DNA of 64,000 bases from an uncultured Bryobacterales bacterium (GCA_964461235.1 CAYWUV010000009.1:21392-85391); one strand, 5' to 3'. Counted from the first letter of the stretch, positions 1 to 9,465 are shown. Numbers and translations: made by a program. The notes: generated by a model from the letters alone, not told the origin.

Positions 1-210
1 CTGGCTCATGGCGTCAAGGTGGGGCGTCTGCAGGAAGGGGTGCCCGTTGTAGCCGGTGTCGCCCCAGCCCTGGTCGTCGGCCATGCAGAGAATCACATTC
101 GGCCGGCTGGCGCCTGAATCCGACGGCCCGGCCGTCCCACACGCTGCCAAGGGAGCGGCCAGAACTGTTGCGGCGGACTTCAGGACCTCGCGGCGGTTCA
201 GTTGCGTCAT
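1..210 (-). CDS. Sulfatase-family protein, N-terminal 70 codons only (gene continues beyond the left edge)
   Basis: Not in the ORF track because there is no stop in the window. The reverse complement of 1-210 reads [70 protein letters not shown]. It has a Tat/lipoprotein-like signal (RREVL...LAAC), then the sulfatase N-terminal metal-binding block ([12 protein letters not shown]...TPHLD). ATG is the complement of 208-210. Confidence 0.75.
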   Translation of the reverse strand, partial: MTQLNRREVLKSAATVLAAPLAACGTAGPSDSGASRPNVILCMADDQGWGDTGYNGHPFLQTPHLDAMSQ

Positions 211-284
211 CACTCTCTCTTCACTCTCACAGATCCGCGCCGTTGGTCCTGGGAAGAACGGTCTGGGCGAAAGTTGCGCCAAGA

Positions 285-1727
285 CTAGTCCGGCCTTCCG
301 ACGGAGATCCCTGCTGCCACGGGGTTACCGAAACAATACAGCCGGCTGGCCGTGCGCACGTAGAGCCGTCCGTCTCCAATCGCCGGCGAGGCATATACGT
401 CCTCTTCGAGCCGGTTCGACTGTAGGACCTTCCAGTCGGGGCCAGCCTCAAGCACAACTGCCGTCCCGGCGTCGCTGATCATGTAGATCTTGCCGTCCCC
501 CGCGACGGGGGAGGAATAGAAGCCCTCCAGGGCGTCACGCAGGCGCCCTTGCTTGAGGACCTTGCCGGTGGCCGGCTCCAGGGCCGTCACGATGCCGCCG
601 TTCCGCACCAGGTAAAGGACTCTTTGGTACAGGATCGGGGAGGAAACTTCGGGCAGGGACTTCTGATAGCGCCACAGCAGGTGGGTATCGGTGACATTGC
701 CTCGACCGCCAAGCCGGACCGCCATGCAGGAGTTCTCCGACACCCTCCGGGCCCGGTAGTGCGCCCAATCGCGGGCGTCCATCGTCCCGTTCTTGTTTCT
801 GTCGTGCATCTCCCAGCTGTTCGGCAGCCACTCCTGCGGGATCTCGCCCTTGGCCAGTTCAGCGTCGCCGTTGGCGTCGAACCGGTCTCGCATTGGCTCG
901 AAGGGCGGGAGTTCCAGACGGGCTTGCGGCTCCCCACCCACCGCCCAGCCGTTGAAGTAGACCCGCTCGCCGTCGAGCACGGGGCCGGACTTGACTTGGT
1001 ACGTGAGCCCATCCACCCTCCACAACTCGTTACCGTCGACGGTGTAACTGGCCATGTGGTAGGAGCCGGGAACGATGATCTCGGTCTCGCCCCCTGGCGA
1101 TTCGTGAACGATCGGGGTCGAGAATCCGTGCACGAAGTCACGACGGGGTGTCTTCCAGAGAATCTCCCCGTTCACTGGATCGACGGCCATTAGGTACGCG
1201 TCCAGATCCTGGTCACAGACGAGGATGAGCCTCCCGTCCGCAAGGATCGGGGAGGCACCCATACCGTGGTAATTGGAGAACGGGCCCAGCGGCAGCGTCC
1301 AGAGCTCGTTGCCGTCCGAATCGTACGCGAGGAGGCCGAAACCCCCGAAAAACGCATACACGTTGCTTCCGTCAGTGACCGGCGTCGCGGCAGCCTCGTC
1401 ATTCAGTCTGTGCATCCGCTCGACCCGTCTGGAAGGAGCGGCGCGCCTCCACAATTCCGACCCGGTGGCCCGATCCAGAGCGATCGTGAGCAGGCGGCCG
1501 TCAGAGTGGGCTGTCAGGTAGATACGATCCCGCGCGAGGACCGGTGACGATTTTCCCGGCGGCAGGTCCGCCTTCCAGATCACGTTCGAGTCGGGACCGA
1601 AGACGACCGGAAGCGCCCCCCTTTCCGCCACGCCGCTGCCGTTCGGGCCGCGAAACCGCATCCACTCGGAGGCCGAAGCGCTCAATCCGCAGAGAGCGAT
1701 CAGGAAGACGGCCCGGCTCAGGCGCAT
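285..1727 (-). CDS. Secreted PQQ-like (BamB-like) beta-propeller repeat protein with an internal EF-hand pair
   Basis: 480-aa ORF with signal peptide [19 protein letters not shown]. Repeated propeller-blade strings: [73 protein letters not shown]. Two EF-hand-type loops: [12 protein letters not shown] and [12 protein letters not shown]. Confidence 0.7.
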   Translation of the reverse strand: MRLSRAVFLIALCGLSASASEWMRFRGPNGSGVAERGALPVVFGPDSNVIWKADLPPGKSSPVLARDRIYLTAHSDGRLLTIALDRATGSELWRRAAPSRRVERMHRLNDEAAATPVTDGSNVYAFFGGFGLLAYDSDGNELWTLPLGPFSNYHGMGASPILADGRLILVCDQDLDAYLMAVDPVNGEILWKTPRRDFVHGFSTPIVHESPGGETEIIVPGSYHMASYTVDGNELWRVDGLTYQVKSGPVLDGERVYFNGWAVGGEPQARLELPPFEPMRDRFDANGDAELAKGEIPQEWLPNSWEMHDRNKNGTMDARDWAHYRARRVSENSCMAVRLGGRGNVTDTHLLWRYQKSLPEVSSPILYQRVLYLVRNGGIVTALEPATGKVLKQGRLRDALEGFYSSPVAGDGKIYMISDAGTAVVLEAGPDWKVLQSNRLEEDVYASPAIGDGRLYVRTASRLYCFGNPVAAGISVGRPD

Positions 1728-1771
1728 CGTAAACGAATGATAGCCGAAGCGCGAACCTTGGGGGTAGCCCG

Positions 1772-4099
1772 TTGCGCGATAGGATGGTCTCGTCCGTGCC
1801 CGATCGGCCTACCTTGCCGCTCGTTGCGGCCGCTGCGTTGGCGCTGTGGTCGCCCTGGCTGGCTGCCCAGGAGCCTCTTCCCCCCCTCATCGAACGTTAC
1901 TGCGTTGCATGCCATAACGACCAAGCGCTCACGGCGGACATTTCCTTGGAAAGACTGGACCCGGCTGACGTCGAAAAGGACCCGGCGCTTTGGGAGAGGG
2001 TCCTTCGCAAGGTCTCGTCCGGAGAGATGCCGCCGCCCGGTCCGCCCGCACCCGCGCCGGAGGCCAGAGCCGGCTTCGTGCGGCTATTGGAAATCGCGCT
2101 GGACGTAGCGGCCGGGGCGAACCCGAATCCGGGGCTTGTGCCTGCGCGGCGGCTGAACCGCGCCGAGTATGCCAATGCCGTGCGAGACCTGCTCGATCTT
2201 GAGGTCGATGTGAGCCCATGGCTTCCAGTCGACGACTCCGGCTACGGCTTCGACAACATCGCGGACGTGCTGTCCCTCACGCCAGCCCTGCTGGACCGCT
2301 ACATGATCGCCGCGCGACGGATCAGCCGCTTGGCGCTGGGCGTGGCCCCAGCCCGGCCAGTCAAGGATCTCTTCGTCCGGGACCGGGAAGCGGCATTCCG
2401 CAACGCCGGCCACGTCAGGGCCTCCGCGCACGACCTGCCGGTCGGATCGGGCCGCGGAGCGGCCATTCGGTACTACTTCCCGCAGACCGCGGAATACGCC
2501 CTCAAGCTGGCCCTGACCCGGGGCAACTCCGAAACGGGCTACGAGCACGAGGAATCCCGCCTGTCGCTGGAAGGAGGCCTGCATACGCTGTCCTTCTCCT
2601 TTCCGCGGGGTTCGTCAAGGCCCGAGGCAGCCCGCCCTGGTGCCTCGGACGACGCGGAGCGCCCGCATCCTCCGCTGGATATCCGGATCGACGGCCGCAG
2701 GCTTCGGCTGATCCCGATTCCGGACTCGTCGATACCGTATGCGGTCCACTCGATCTCGATCGAGGGCCCCTTTGATCCGAAAGGCCCAGGCGACACTCCC
2801 AGCCGGCGACGGGTCTTCGTCTGCCATCCCTCCGACGACACAGACGAGACTGCGTGCGCGGAGCGGATCCTCTCCGGCCTGGCCCGCCAGGCGTACCGGC
2901 GACCGGCCAACGACAGCGATGTGGCCTCGCTAATGGAAGTCTACCGGTCCGGCTACGAACTGGGAGGGTTCGAGCGGGGCATCGAGCACGCTCTGCGGGC
3001 CGTGCTGGTCTCGCCCCGCTTCCTGTTCCGCGTCGAAAGGGATCCCGAAGGCCTTGAGGAAGGGTCCGTTTACCGGGTCGGGGACCACGAACTGGCATCG
3101 CGCCTGTCGTTCTTTCTGTGGAGCAGCCTGCCGGACGAGGAACTGCTGGCGGCGGCGGAACTGGGGCGCCTCGGGGATCCGGCCGAGATCGAGCGCCAAG
3201 TGCGCAGAATGCTCGCCGACCGGCGAGCCATCGCCTTGGTCGCGAACTTTGCGGGACAGTGGCTCGAACTGCGCAAGGTTTCCAGGATCAAACCGGACGA
3301 ACGTCTCTTTCCCGAGTTCGACCCGGAACTGCGGCACGCCATGCGCCGGGAGACCGAGCTCTTCGTCGAGGACGTCCTGCGACACAACCGCAGCGTCCTC
3401 GAACTGCTCGACTCCGACCGGTCATTCCTGAACGACCGGCTCGCCAAGCATTACGGCATCGGCGGCGTTCACGGATCGCAATTCCGCGAGGTCTTCTTGG
3501 ACGACCCCCGACGGGGAGGCCTTCTGGGGCACGGGAGCATTCTCTCTGTCACGTCGTACCCGAATCGGACATCAGTCGTGATTCGAGGCAAGTGGGTCCT
3601 GGAGAACCTGTTCGGGATGCCCCCGCCGCCCCCGCCCCCGGACATTCCGGAACTCGAAGAGGTCGCACCCGAGGGAGGGGCACTCGCACTGCGGGAGCTG
3701 ATGGCCCTGCACAGCCGGAACCCAACCTGTGCGAGCTGCCATGTCCGGATGGACCCGATCGGCTTCGCACTGGAGAACTTCGACGCGATCGGCCGCTGGC
3801 GGGACAGCGATGGCACGGTCGAGATCGACGCCACGGGGGAGCTGCCCGGCCGGATCAAGTTTGACGGCCCCGCAGGGCTGAAACGGGTGCTCGTTACGCA
3901 CCTCAGAGACGCTTTTGCGAGAACAGTCGTCGAAAAGCTATTGACCTACGCGCTGGGAAGGGGCCTGGACTACTACGATGGACCTACGGTGCGCTCTATC
4001 GTTCGCGACGCGGAAGACTCCGACTACCGCCTAGCGGACTTGGTGGTGGGGGTTGCCCGTAGCATGCCCTTCCGAATGAGGAGGATCCCGGAATCGTGA
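1772..4099 (+). CDS. DUF1592/DUF1588/DUF1585-family (planctomycete 'PSD'/PSCyt-type) protein with CxxCH motifs
   Basis: 775-aa ORF with an N-terminal signal-like segment and CVACH (1901-1915). Family-typical blocks: LASRLSFFLWSSLPDEELL, NFAGQWLELRK, TSYPNRTSVVIRGKWVLENL, and a C-terminal CASCHVRMDPIGFALENFDAIGRWR. The true start may be the ATG at 1784. Confidence 0.8.
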   Translation: MRDRMVSSVPDRPTLPLVAAAALALWSPWLAAQEPLPPLIERYCVACHNDQALTADISLERLDPADVEKDPALWERVLRKVSSGEMPPPGPPAPAPEARAGFVRLLEIALDVAAGANPNPGLVPARRLNRAEYANAVRDLLDLEVDVSPWLPVDDSGYGFDNIADVLSLTPALLDRYMIAARRISRLALGVAPARPVKDLFVRDREAAFRNAGHVRASAHDLPVGSGRGAAIRYYFPQTAEYALKLALTRGNSETGYEHEESRLSLEGGLHTLSFSFPRGSSRPEAARPGASDDAERPHPPLDIRIDGRRLRLIPIPDSSIPYAVHSISIEGPFDPKGPGDTPSRRRVFVCHPSDDTDETACAERILSGLARQAYRRPANDSDVASLMEVYRSGYELGGFERGIEHALRAVLVSPRFLFRVERDPEGLEEGSVYRVGDHELASRLSFFLWSSLPDEELLAAAELGRLGDPAEIERQVRRMLADRRAIALVANFAGQWLELRKVSRIKPDERLFPEFDPELRHAMRRETELFVEDVLRHNRSVLELLDSDRSFLNDRLAKHYGIGGVHGSQFREVFLDDPRRGGLLGHGSILSVTSYPNRTSVVIRGKWVLENLFGMPPPPPPPDIPELEEVAPEGGALALRELMALHSRNPTCASCHVRMDPIGFALENFDAIGRWRDSDGTVEIDATGELPGRIKFDGPAGLKRVLVTHLRDAFARTVVEKLLTYALGRGLDYYDGPTVRSIVRDAEDSDYRLADLVVGVARSMPFRMRRIPES

Positions 4100-5454
4100 T
4101 CGTGACCAAGAAATCGCTCTCCCGCCGCGCGGTCCTGCGCGGGATGGGGCTGTCGGTCTCCCTTCCGTTTCTGGACGCGATGGTTCCGGCCATGGCCGCT
4201 CCCCGCCGGACTGCGGGAAGCCCGGCCATCCGAATGGGCTTCGTCTATGTTCCGAACGGAGTCATAGACCTCAAAGGGGAGTGGACTCCCAAGGGAGTGG
4301 GCGCCGATTTCGAGCTCAGCGAGATCTCGATGGGTCTGGAGCCGTTCCGCGAGCATCTGACCTTTCTCAGCGGCTTGGCCCAAGTCAACGGACGTCCGGG
4401 CGGAGACGGTCCGGGCGACCACGCCCGAGCCGGAGCAACGTTCCTCACAGGAGTCCGTCCGGTCAAGACCGAGGGCATCGGGATCCGGGCGGGACTGTCC
4501 GCCGACCAGATCGCGGCCCGCAAGCTGGGCCAGTTCACGCAGTTCGGCTCGCTCGAGACGGGGGTCGAGGAGGCGAGCGTGGCCGGCGGTTGCGATTCCG
4601 GCTACAGTTGCGCGTACACCAACACCATCTCCTGGCGCAGCCCCACGACCCCCAATCCGGTCGAGGACAACCCGAGGCGGCTCTTCGAGCGGCTCTTCGG
4701 GGACGGGGACAGCACGGACTGGGCAGAGAGACTCTCAGGGCTGGCGGAACAGCGAACCATTCTCGATTTCGTGCAGACAGACTTGGACCGCCTGAAACGC
4801 GAACTCGGGTCGGAGGACCGCAGGAAGCTGGACGAGTACGTGGAATCGATCCGGGACCTAGAGCGGCGCATAGCGAGGGCTGAGGCCACCAACGAGGCCG
4901 CCCTGCCCGAGATGCAGCGACCAGGTGGAATCCCGGGGGGCTTCGCGGAGCACGCGAAGCTCATGATCGACCTGCAAGTGCTGGCGTACCAGGCCGACCT
5001 GACGCGCGTGACCACGTTCATGATGGGCCGTGAAGGTACCTGGCGCAGCTACCCCGAGATCGGGGTTCCAGACGCCCATCACGCGATGACCCACCACTCC
5101 AACGATCCGGAGAAGATTGCCAAGACCATCCTGATCAACCAGCACCACGTGTCGATGTTCACCTACATGCTTGAGCGGATGAGATCTACCTCGGACGGTG
5201 ACGGCACTCTGCTGGACCACTCCATGCTGGTGTACGGCAGTTCGATTGCGGACGGCAACCAGCACACGCATCATGACCTGCCAATCGTGCTGGCAGGCTC
5301 CGCGGGCGGTCGAATCCGGGGCGGACGGCATCTGCTCTACCCGCGCGAGACGCCGATGAACAACCTGCTCCTGAGCATGCTGGATCTGGCCGGGGCTCCT
5401 ACCGAGCGACTCGGAGACAGCACCGGGAGGCTCGAGGGCCTGACCCACGGGTAG
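4096..5454 (+). CDS. DUF1552 domain protein (Tat-signal), canonical partner of DUF1592 proteins
   Basis: 452-aa ORF. The GTG start overlaps the upstream stop (GTGA, 4096-4099). Twin-arginine-like signal SRRAVLRGMGLSVSLPFLDAM. Conserved-looking blocks: DHARAGATFLTG, TFMMGREGTWRSYPEIGVPDAHHAMTHH, HHDLPIVLAG. Confidence 0.8.
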   Translation: MIVTKKSLSRRAVLRGMGLSVSLPFLDAMVPAMAAPRRTAGSPAIRMGFVYVPNGVIDLKGEWTPKGVGADFELSEISMGLEPFREHLTFLSGLAQVNGRPGGDGPGDHARAGATFLTGVRPVKTEGIGIRAGLSADQIAARKLGQFTQFGSLETGVEEASVAGGCDSGYSCAYTNTISWRSPTTPNPVEDNPRRLFERLFGDGDSTDWAERLSGLAEQRTILDFVQTDLDRLKRELGSEDRRKLDEYVESIRDLERRIARAEATNEAALPEMQRPGGIPGGFAEHAKLMIDLQVLAYQADLTRVTTFMMGREGTWRSYPEIGVPDAHHAMTHHSNDPEKIAKTILINQHHVSMFTYMLERMRSTSDGDGTLLDHSMLVYGSSIADGNQHTHHDLPIVLAGSAGGRIRGGRHLLYPRETPMNNLLLSMLDLAGAPTERLGDSTGRLEGLTHG

Positions 5455-5463
5455 GGATCCGGC

Positions 5464-6834
5464 GTGCCCTCGGTTCCAGAACCGTCGCACGCCTCGCGGA
5501 GGGCTTTCCTGATTGCAGCGCTGTGCTGTACCGGTGCCATAGCAGCCGGTAGCGGCGATCTGAGCCTGCTGGACGCAGTGCGGCACCGGGACCGGGCAGC
5601 AGTCGAGGAACTCTTGTCCACAGGCGTCGAGGTCGATGCTGCGCAGCCCGACGGCACCACGGCCCTGGCTTGGGCCGTCCATCTCCAGGACCACGCGACA
5701 GCGGAGGTGCTGCTGGCGGCGGGTGCGGGCGTGAACGCCAGCGACGAGTACGGGAATAGCCCGCTGACCTTGGCTTGCGCAAACGGGGATTCGCATCTGG
5801 TCGAAGTTCTGCTGACTTCGGGAGCCGAGCCAAACGCACGGCTCTGGAACGGCGAGACTGCCCTGATGCTGGCATCGGGAAGTGGTCTCGCCAAAGGAGC
5901 CAGTCTCCTGATCGAGGCCGGTGCCCGGCTCGAGGACAGGGAGTCGCACAGGGGGCAGACGGCCCTCATGTGGGCGGCAGCAGAGGGTCATGCCGACGTC
6001 GTCCGGGTCCTGGTCGACGCCGGCGCGGACGTGAACGCTTCATCGCAACAGGGGTTCACCCCTCTGGCGTTCGCCGTCATCAGGAATGACCTGGAGTCCA
6101 TTCGGTCTCTGCTGAAGGCCGGGGCGGACCCGAACGTTGCGGAGGCCGAAGGCAGCACGCCGGCGAATATCGCCGCGGCTTACGGGCATGCAGCGGCCCT
6201 GGCCGTGCTGATCGACGCGGGCGCGAACGTCTCGACGCCCGACAAGCTGGGCCGAACGCCGCTGTACAACGCGGCGAAGCTCGGAGAAGCCGCTCTGGTT
6301 TCGAGCTTGCTGGCAGCGGGCGCTGATCCCAACTCCCGAACAGCATCCGTCGAGGACGCCGGATCGAACCGAGGCCTTCGGTCTCCGGACGGCGAGGACA
6401 CGCCCCTGCTGGCGGCTGCCTCGGGCGGGCACATCGAGGTCATGCGCCAATTGGTGGCGGCCGGTGCCGACGCTCAGGCTCGCGCGCAGGACGGGACCAC
6501 CCTGCTCATGCGAGCCGCCGGCAGCGGCAAGCTCCCGGTCGTCCAATACGCCTATTCGCTCGACAGTGATGTGGCCGCCACGACGACGATTGGCCGGACC
6601 GTGATGCACGCCTCCGTGATCTACACGTTGTACGTGTCCACGGCGGATGAGATTTGCGACGTGATACGCTTCCTGGCCGAGAAGGGCGCCGATCCGGATC
6701 CCGTCGACGCAGGCGGCCGGACGGCGATCTCGATCGCGGACATCTGGCCGATCGAGCAGGCCTCCAGCCTCCTCTACGAACTGACGGTGGCAGCCGGACG
6801 AGAGCCGAAGATCCTCCCCACGGACCTGCAGTAG
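5464..6834 (+). CDS. Ankyrin-repeat protein with N-terminal export signal (about 10-11 repeats)
   Basis: 456-aa ORF starting 9 nt after the DUF1552 stop. Signal SRRAFLIAALCCTGAIAAGSG. Repeated ANK consensus (G.TAL..A...GH...V..LL..GAD.N): GTTALAWAVHLQDHATAEVLLAAGAGVNA, GQTALMWAAAEGHADVVRVLVDAGADVNA, GRTPLYNAAKLGEAALVSSLLAAGADPN and others. Confidence 0.85.
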   Translation: MPSVPEPSHASRRAFLIAALCCTGAIAAGSGDLSLLDAVRHRDRAAVEELLSTGVEVDAAQPDGTTALAWAVHLQDHATAEVLLAAGAGVNASDEYGNSPLTLACANGDSHLVEVLLTSGAEPNARLWNGETALMLASGSGLAKGASLLIEAGARLEDRESHRGQTALMWAAAEGHADVVRVLVDAGADVNASSQQGFTPLAFAVIRNDLESIRSLLKAGADPNVAEAEGSTPANIAAAYGHAAALAVLIDAGANVSTPDKLGRTPLYNAAKLGEAALVSSLLAAGADPNSRTASVEDAGSNRGLRSPDGEDTPLLAAASGGHIEVMRQLVAAGADAQARAQDGTTLLMRAAGSGKLPVVQYAYSLDSDVAATTTIGRTVMHASVIYTLYVSTADEICDVIRFLAEKGADPDPVDAGGRTAISIADIWPIEQASSLLYELTVAAGREPKILPTDLQ

Positions 6835-6928
6835 GCAGTGCGACGAGGTAGGTGTCCGGACATCCGGCAGGGTGGTCGTCGGAAGGCTTGCCAGCCGCAC
6901 CACCATGAGATAGGCTCAAAGGCAGCCC

Positions 6929-7264
6929 ATGTTCTGCGAGGCGTGCGGAGTCGAGATCGAGGAGGATGATCGCTACTGCCGTAGGTGCGGCCTTTCGGTC
7001 GCCGACGGGAAGCCCGGAGAGCCGGGCCGATCCTGCACCCGGGCTCGCGAGGGGCGAATGGTCGCGGGCGTGTGCGCCGGCGGCGCGACTTACTTCGGCA
7101 AGGACGTCACGCTGATCCGGATCGTTTGGGCCCTGGCGGCCCTGATACCGCCCCTGTTCCCGGGCATCGTGGCCTATATCGTATGCTGGCTGCTCATGCC
7201 CCAAGCGAGCGAGACCGTCCGCAGCGATTCGGCCGACGTGGGCACAGCAGCCGCGTCCAAGTAG
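6929..7264 (+). CDS. Zinc-ribbon + PspC-domain membrane protein
   Basis: 111 aa. N-terminal CxxC...CxxC (MFCEACGVEIEEDDRYCRRCG), then a PspC-type block (RMVAGVCAGGATYFGKDVTLIRIVWALAALIPPLFPGIVAYIVCWLLMP). Confidence 0.75.
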   Translation: MFCEACGVEIEEDDRYCRRCGLSVADGKPGEPGRSCTRAREGRMVAGVCAGGATYFGKDVTLIRIVWALAALIPPLFPGIVAYIVCWLLMPQASETVRSDSADVGTAAASK

Positions 7265-7273
7265 ACTGGCTAC

Positions 7274-8293
7274 GTGATCGAAACGGTCGCCTATGCTCGG
7301 GCGGGGGTCTTGGGTAACCCGTCCGACGGCTACTACGGCAAGACGATCGCGCTTACGCTGAAGAACTTCCGGTCCCGAACGCTGCTCTACCCCAGCGCGC
7401 GGCTCGAGATCAAGCCTTCGGCCGCAGACATCCCGATCTGGGAGAACTTAGCGGATCTTCGGGCATACACTCGCTGGCGGGGATACTACGGAGGGTTCCG
7501 CATCATCCGCGCTCTGCTCATGCGATTCACCGATTACTGCATGAGCGAGGGCATCCCCTTGCACGACCGCAACTTTACGATCGAGTACGACTCGAACATC
7601 CCTCTCCGCCTCGGAATGGGCGGGTCCTCCGCCATCATTACCTCCTCACTCCGGGCGCTGATGCGTTATTTCAACGTGGAGATCCCGCTCTCGGTCCAGG
7701 CAAATCTCGTCTTGGAGACGGAAACGAGGGAACTGGGAGTGGCGGCCGGGCTGCAGGATCGCGTCGTCCAGGTCTACGAAGGGTTGGTCTATATGGACTT
7801 CGATCGGGAACTGATGCAAGCCCGGGGATACGGAGCCTACGAGCGTCTGCGGCCCGCACTCCTACCCAACCTCTACGTGGCGTTCCGCACCAACCTGAGC
7901 GAGGGTACCGAGATCTTCCACAACGACCTGAGGCGACGGTTCGACGAAGGAGACCCAGCGGTGGTCGACGCAATGCGCCAATGGGCGCGCATCGCAGAAG
8001 GGGGCCGGGAGGCACTGCTAACGGGCGACACGGAACGGTTCGAATACCTGATCAACGCCAACTTCGACCTGCGCGCCCGGATCTACCGGATCGGCAGTGA
8101 AAACCTGCGGATGGTACACGCAGCCAGAGAAGCTGGCGCGACGGCCAAGTTCGCCGGGTCGGGCGGGGCCATCATCGGGACGTATCGCGACGACGACCAT
8201 TTCCGGGCGTTGGGCGAAGCGCTGGGCAAGCTGGATGTCCGGGTGATCCGTCCCGCCATCGATGCGCCTCCGGCTCTCGGCAATCCGGATTAG
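7274..8293 (+). CDS. GHMP-family sugar-1-kinase, glucuronokinase-like
   Basis: 339 aa. GHMP motif PLRLGMGGSSAIITSSL. Strings recalled from plant glucuronokinase (GlcAK): ARAGVLGNPSDGYYGKTIALTLKNF, YYGGFRI, ELGVAAGLQDRVVQVYEGLVYMDF, NANFDLRARIY, ATAKFAGSGGAIIG. Confidence 0.65.
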   Translation: MIETVAYARAGVLGNPSDGYYGKTIALTLKNFRSRTLLYPSARLEIKPSAADIPIWENLADLRAYTRWRGYYGGFRIIRALLMRFTDYCMSEGIPLHDRNFTIEYDSNIPLRLGMGGSSAIITSSLRALMRYFNVEIPLSVQANLVLETETRELGVAAGLQDRVVQVYEGLVYMDFDRELMQARGYGAYERLRPALLPNLYVAFRTNLSEGTEIFHNDLRRRFDEGDPAVVDAMRQWARIAEGGREALLTGDTERFEYLINANFDLRARIYRIGSENLRMVHAAREAGATAKFAGSGGAIIGTYRDDDHFRALGEALGKLDVRVIRPAIDAPPALGNPD

Positions 8294-9249
8294 GCAGGCG
8301 GTCCGGGCAACGCACCGCGTGTCAGGGTCCGGATCCGGCAGAGATAGTCGTCCGAGCAGAAGTACAGCGTCGAGCCGTCGTCCCCCCAGCAGAGATTCGC
8401 AATCCGGCGGCCCGTTACGATCCGCCCTCTGAGGCTCCCGTCGGGGCCCGCCACCCATACACCGCCCGGCCCCGTGGTGAAGATGTTCCCCTCGAGATCG
8501 ACCTTGATCCCGTCGGGCAGCCCTGGAGCCTCGCCAACCCGGTCTGACAGGTCGATCAGGACAGGTCCCGGCGCGAGCGTCCCGTCGCTGAGAATCAGGT
8601 ACCGCATCACCACGGGGCGCTCGGGGTTCGACTGGGTGACATAGAGGAATTGCTCGTCCGGCGAGAGTGCCACGCCGTTCGGATTCTCCAGCTCGTTGCA
8701 AACGAGGACCGCCACTCGCGTCCCGGCGCGGACCAGGTAGACCCCGCAGAAGTCCAGTTCCCGGTCCGGGTCCTCATAGCGCCGGTGCAGCCCGTAGGCA
8801 GGATCGGTGAAATAGAGGTCGCCCCGGGAATTGAGCACCAAGTCGTTCGGAGAATTCAGCCGACGGCCCTCGAAGGAGTCCACGATCGTGAACTTGCCCC
8901 CTCCGGGCTCGAGCCGGGAAACGCGGCGGTCTCCATGCTCGCAGGCCCACAAACGGCCCTCGCCATCGATGGTCAGCCCATTCGAGCCGGGCTCCTTTCC
9001 GTAGTAGGCGATCCCGGTATAGCCTGACGGCTGCATCCAGATAGTGGCGCCTTCCTGCTCGCTCCACTTGTAGATCGCGTTCCTCGGTATGTCCGAAAAG
9101 AGCAGGTAGCCGCCTCGGGCGACCCACACTGGGCCCTCTGGCCAGGCGAATCCTACATCGAGCAGCTCGACCCGCGCATCGGACGCGACCAAAGCGTCCA
9201 GCGAGGCATCGAAGCGATCAATCCGGCCCACTGGTTCGAATTCCGGCAT
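8290..9249 (-). CDS. SMP-30/gluconolactonase/LRE-family six-bladed propeller (sugar lactonase-like)
   Basis: The ORF track gives 8290-9444. I place the start at MPEFEPVGRIDRFD (complement of 9247-9249), because the upstream 65 codons are Arg/Pro-rich junk. Family strings: EGPVW...GGYLLFSDIPRNAIYKW, NGLTIDGEGRLWACEH, NSPNDLVLNSRGDLYFTDP, PNGVALSPDEQFLYV, PDGIKVDLEGNIFTTGPGGVWV. Confidence 0.8.
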   Translation of the reverse strand: MPEFEPVGRIDRFDASLDALVASDARVELLDVGFAWPEGPVWVARGGYLLFSDIPRNAIYKWSEQEGATIWMQPSGYTGIAYYGKEPGSNGLTIDGEGRLWACEHGDRRVSRLEPGGGKFTIVDSFEGRRLNSPNDLVLNSRGDLYFTDPAYGLHRRYEDPDRELDFCGVYLVRAGTRVAVLVCNELENPNGVALSPDEQFLYVTQSNPERPVVMRYLILSDGTLAPGPVLIDLSDRVGEAPGLPDGIKVDLEGNIFTTGPGGVWVAGPDGSLRGRIVTGRRIANLCWGDDGSTLYFCSDDYLCRIRTLTRGALPGPPA

Positions 9250-9366
9250 AAACGGCCATTCTAGCCATTGCGGGAGAATGAGCGATGCAGGCGTACCACG
9301 GCATCTCCCGCGGATCGGGTTCGCCCGATTCGGCTCCTCCGGGTCTTCGCGACGGGCCAACTCCGG

Positions 9367-9395
9367 TTGCCATTGGGCCGTAACCCGGGTACAAT
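9367..9395 (+). promoter_or_regulatory. Sigma70-type promoter candidate for rimP-nusA-infB (TTGCCA-17 nt-TACAAT)
   Basis: TTGCCA at 9367-9372, a 17-nt spacer at 9373-9389, and TACAAT at 9390-9395. It lies in the 216-bp divergent spacer upstream of rimP. The AT-rich -10 stands out in a GC-rich context. Confidence 0.55.
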
Positions 9396-9425
9396 ATTGA
9401 TTGGTCGCAGTTTCGGCGGAATCCG

Positions 9426-9453
9426 AAAGTGGGCTTACGCCCACTTTTTTTTT
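9426..9453 (+). terminator. Intrinsic (rho-independent) terminator-like hairpin + T9 tract in the rimP leader
   Basis: AAAGTGGGC (9426-9434), TTAC loop (9435-9438), GCCCACTTT (9439-9447), with the T run spanning 9445-9453 (9 T). No + strand gene ends here. It sits about 30 nt downstream of the candidate -10 and 13-37 nt upstream of the rimP start candidates. Confidence 0.7.
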
Positions 9454-9465
9454 GGCCGCGAAGGG

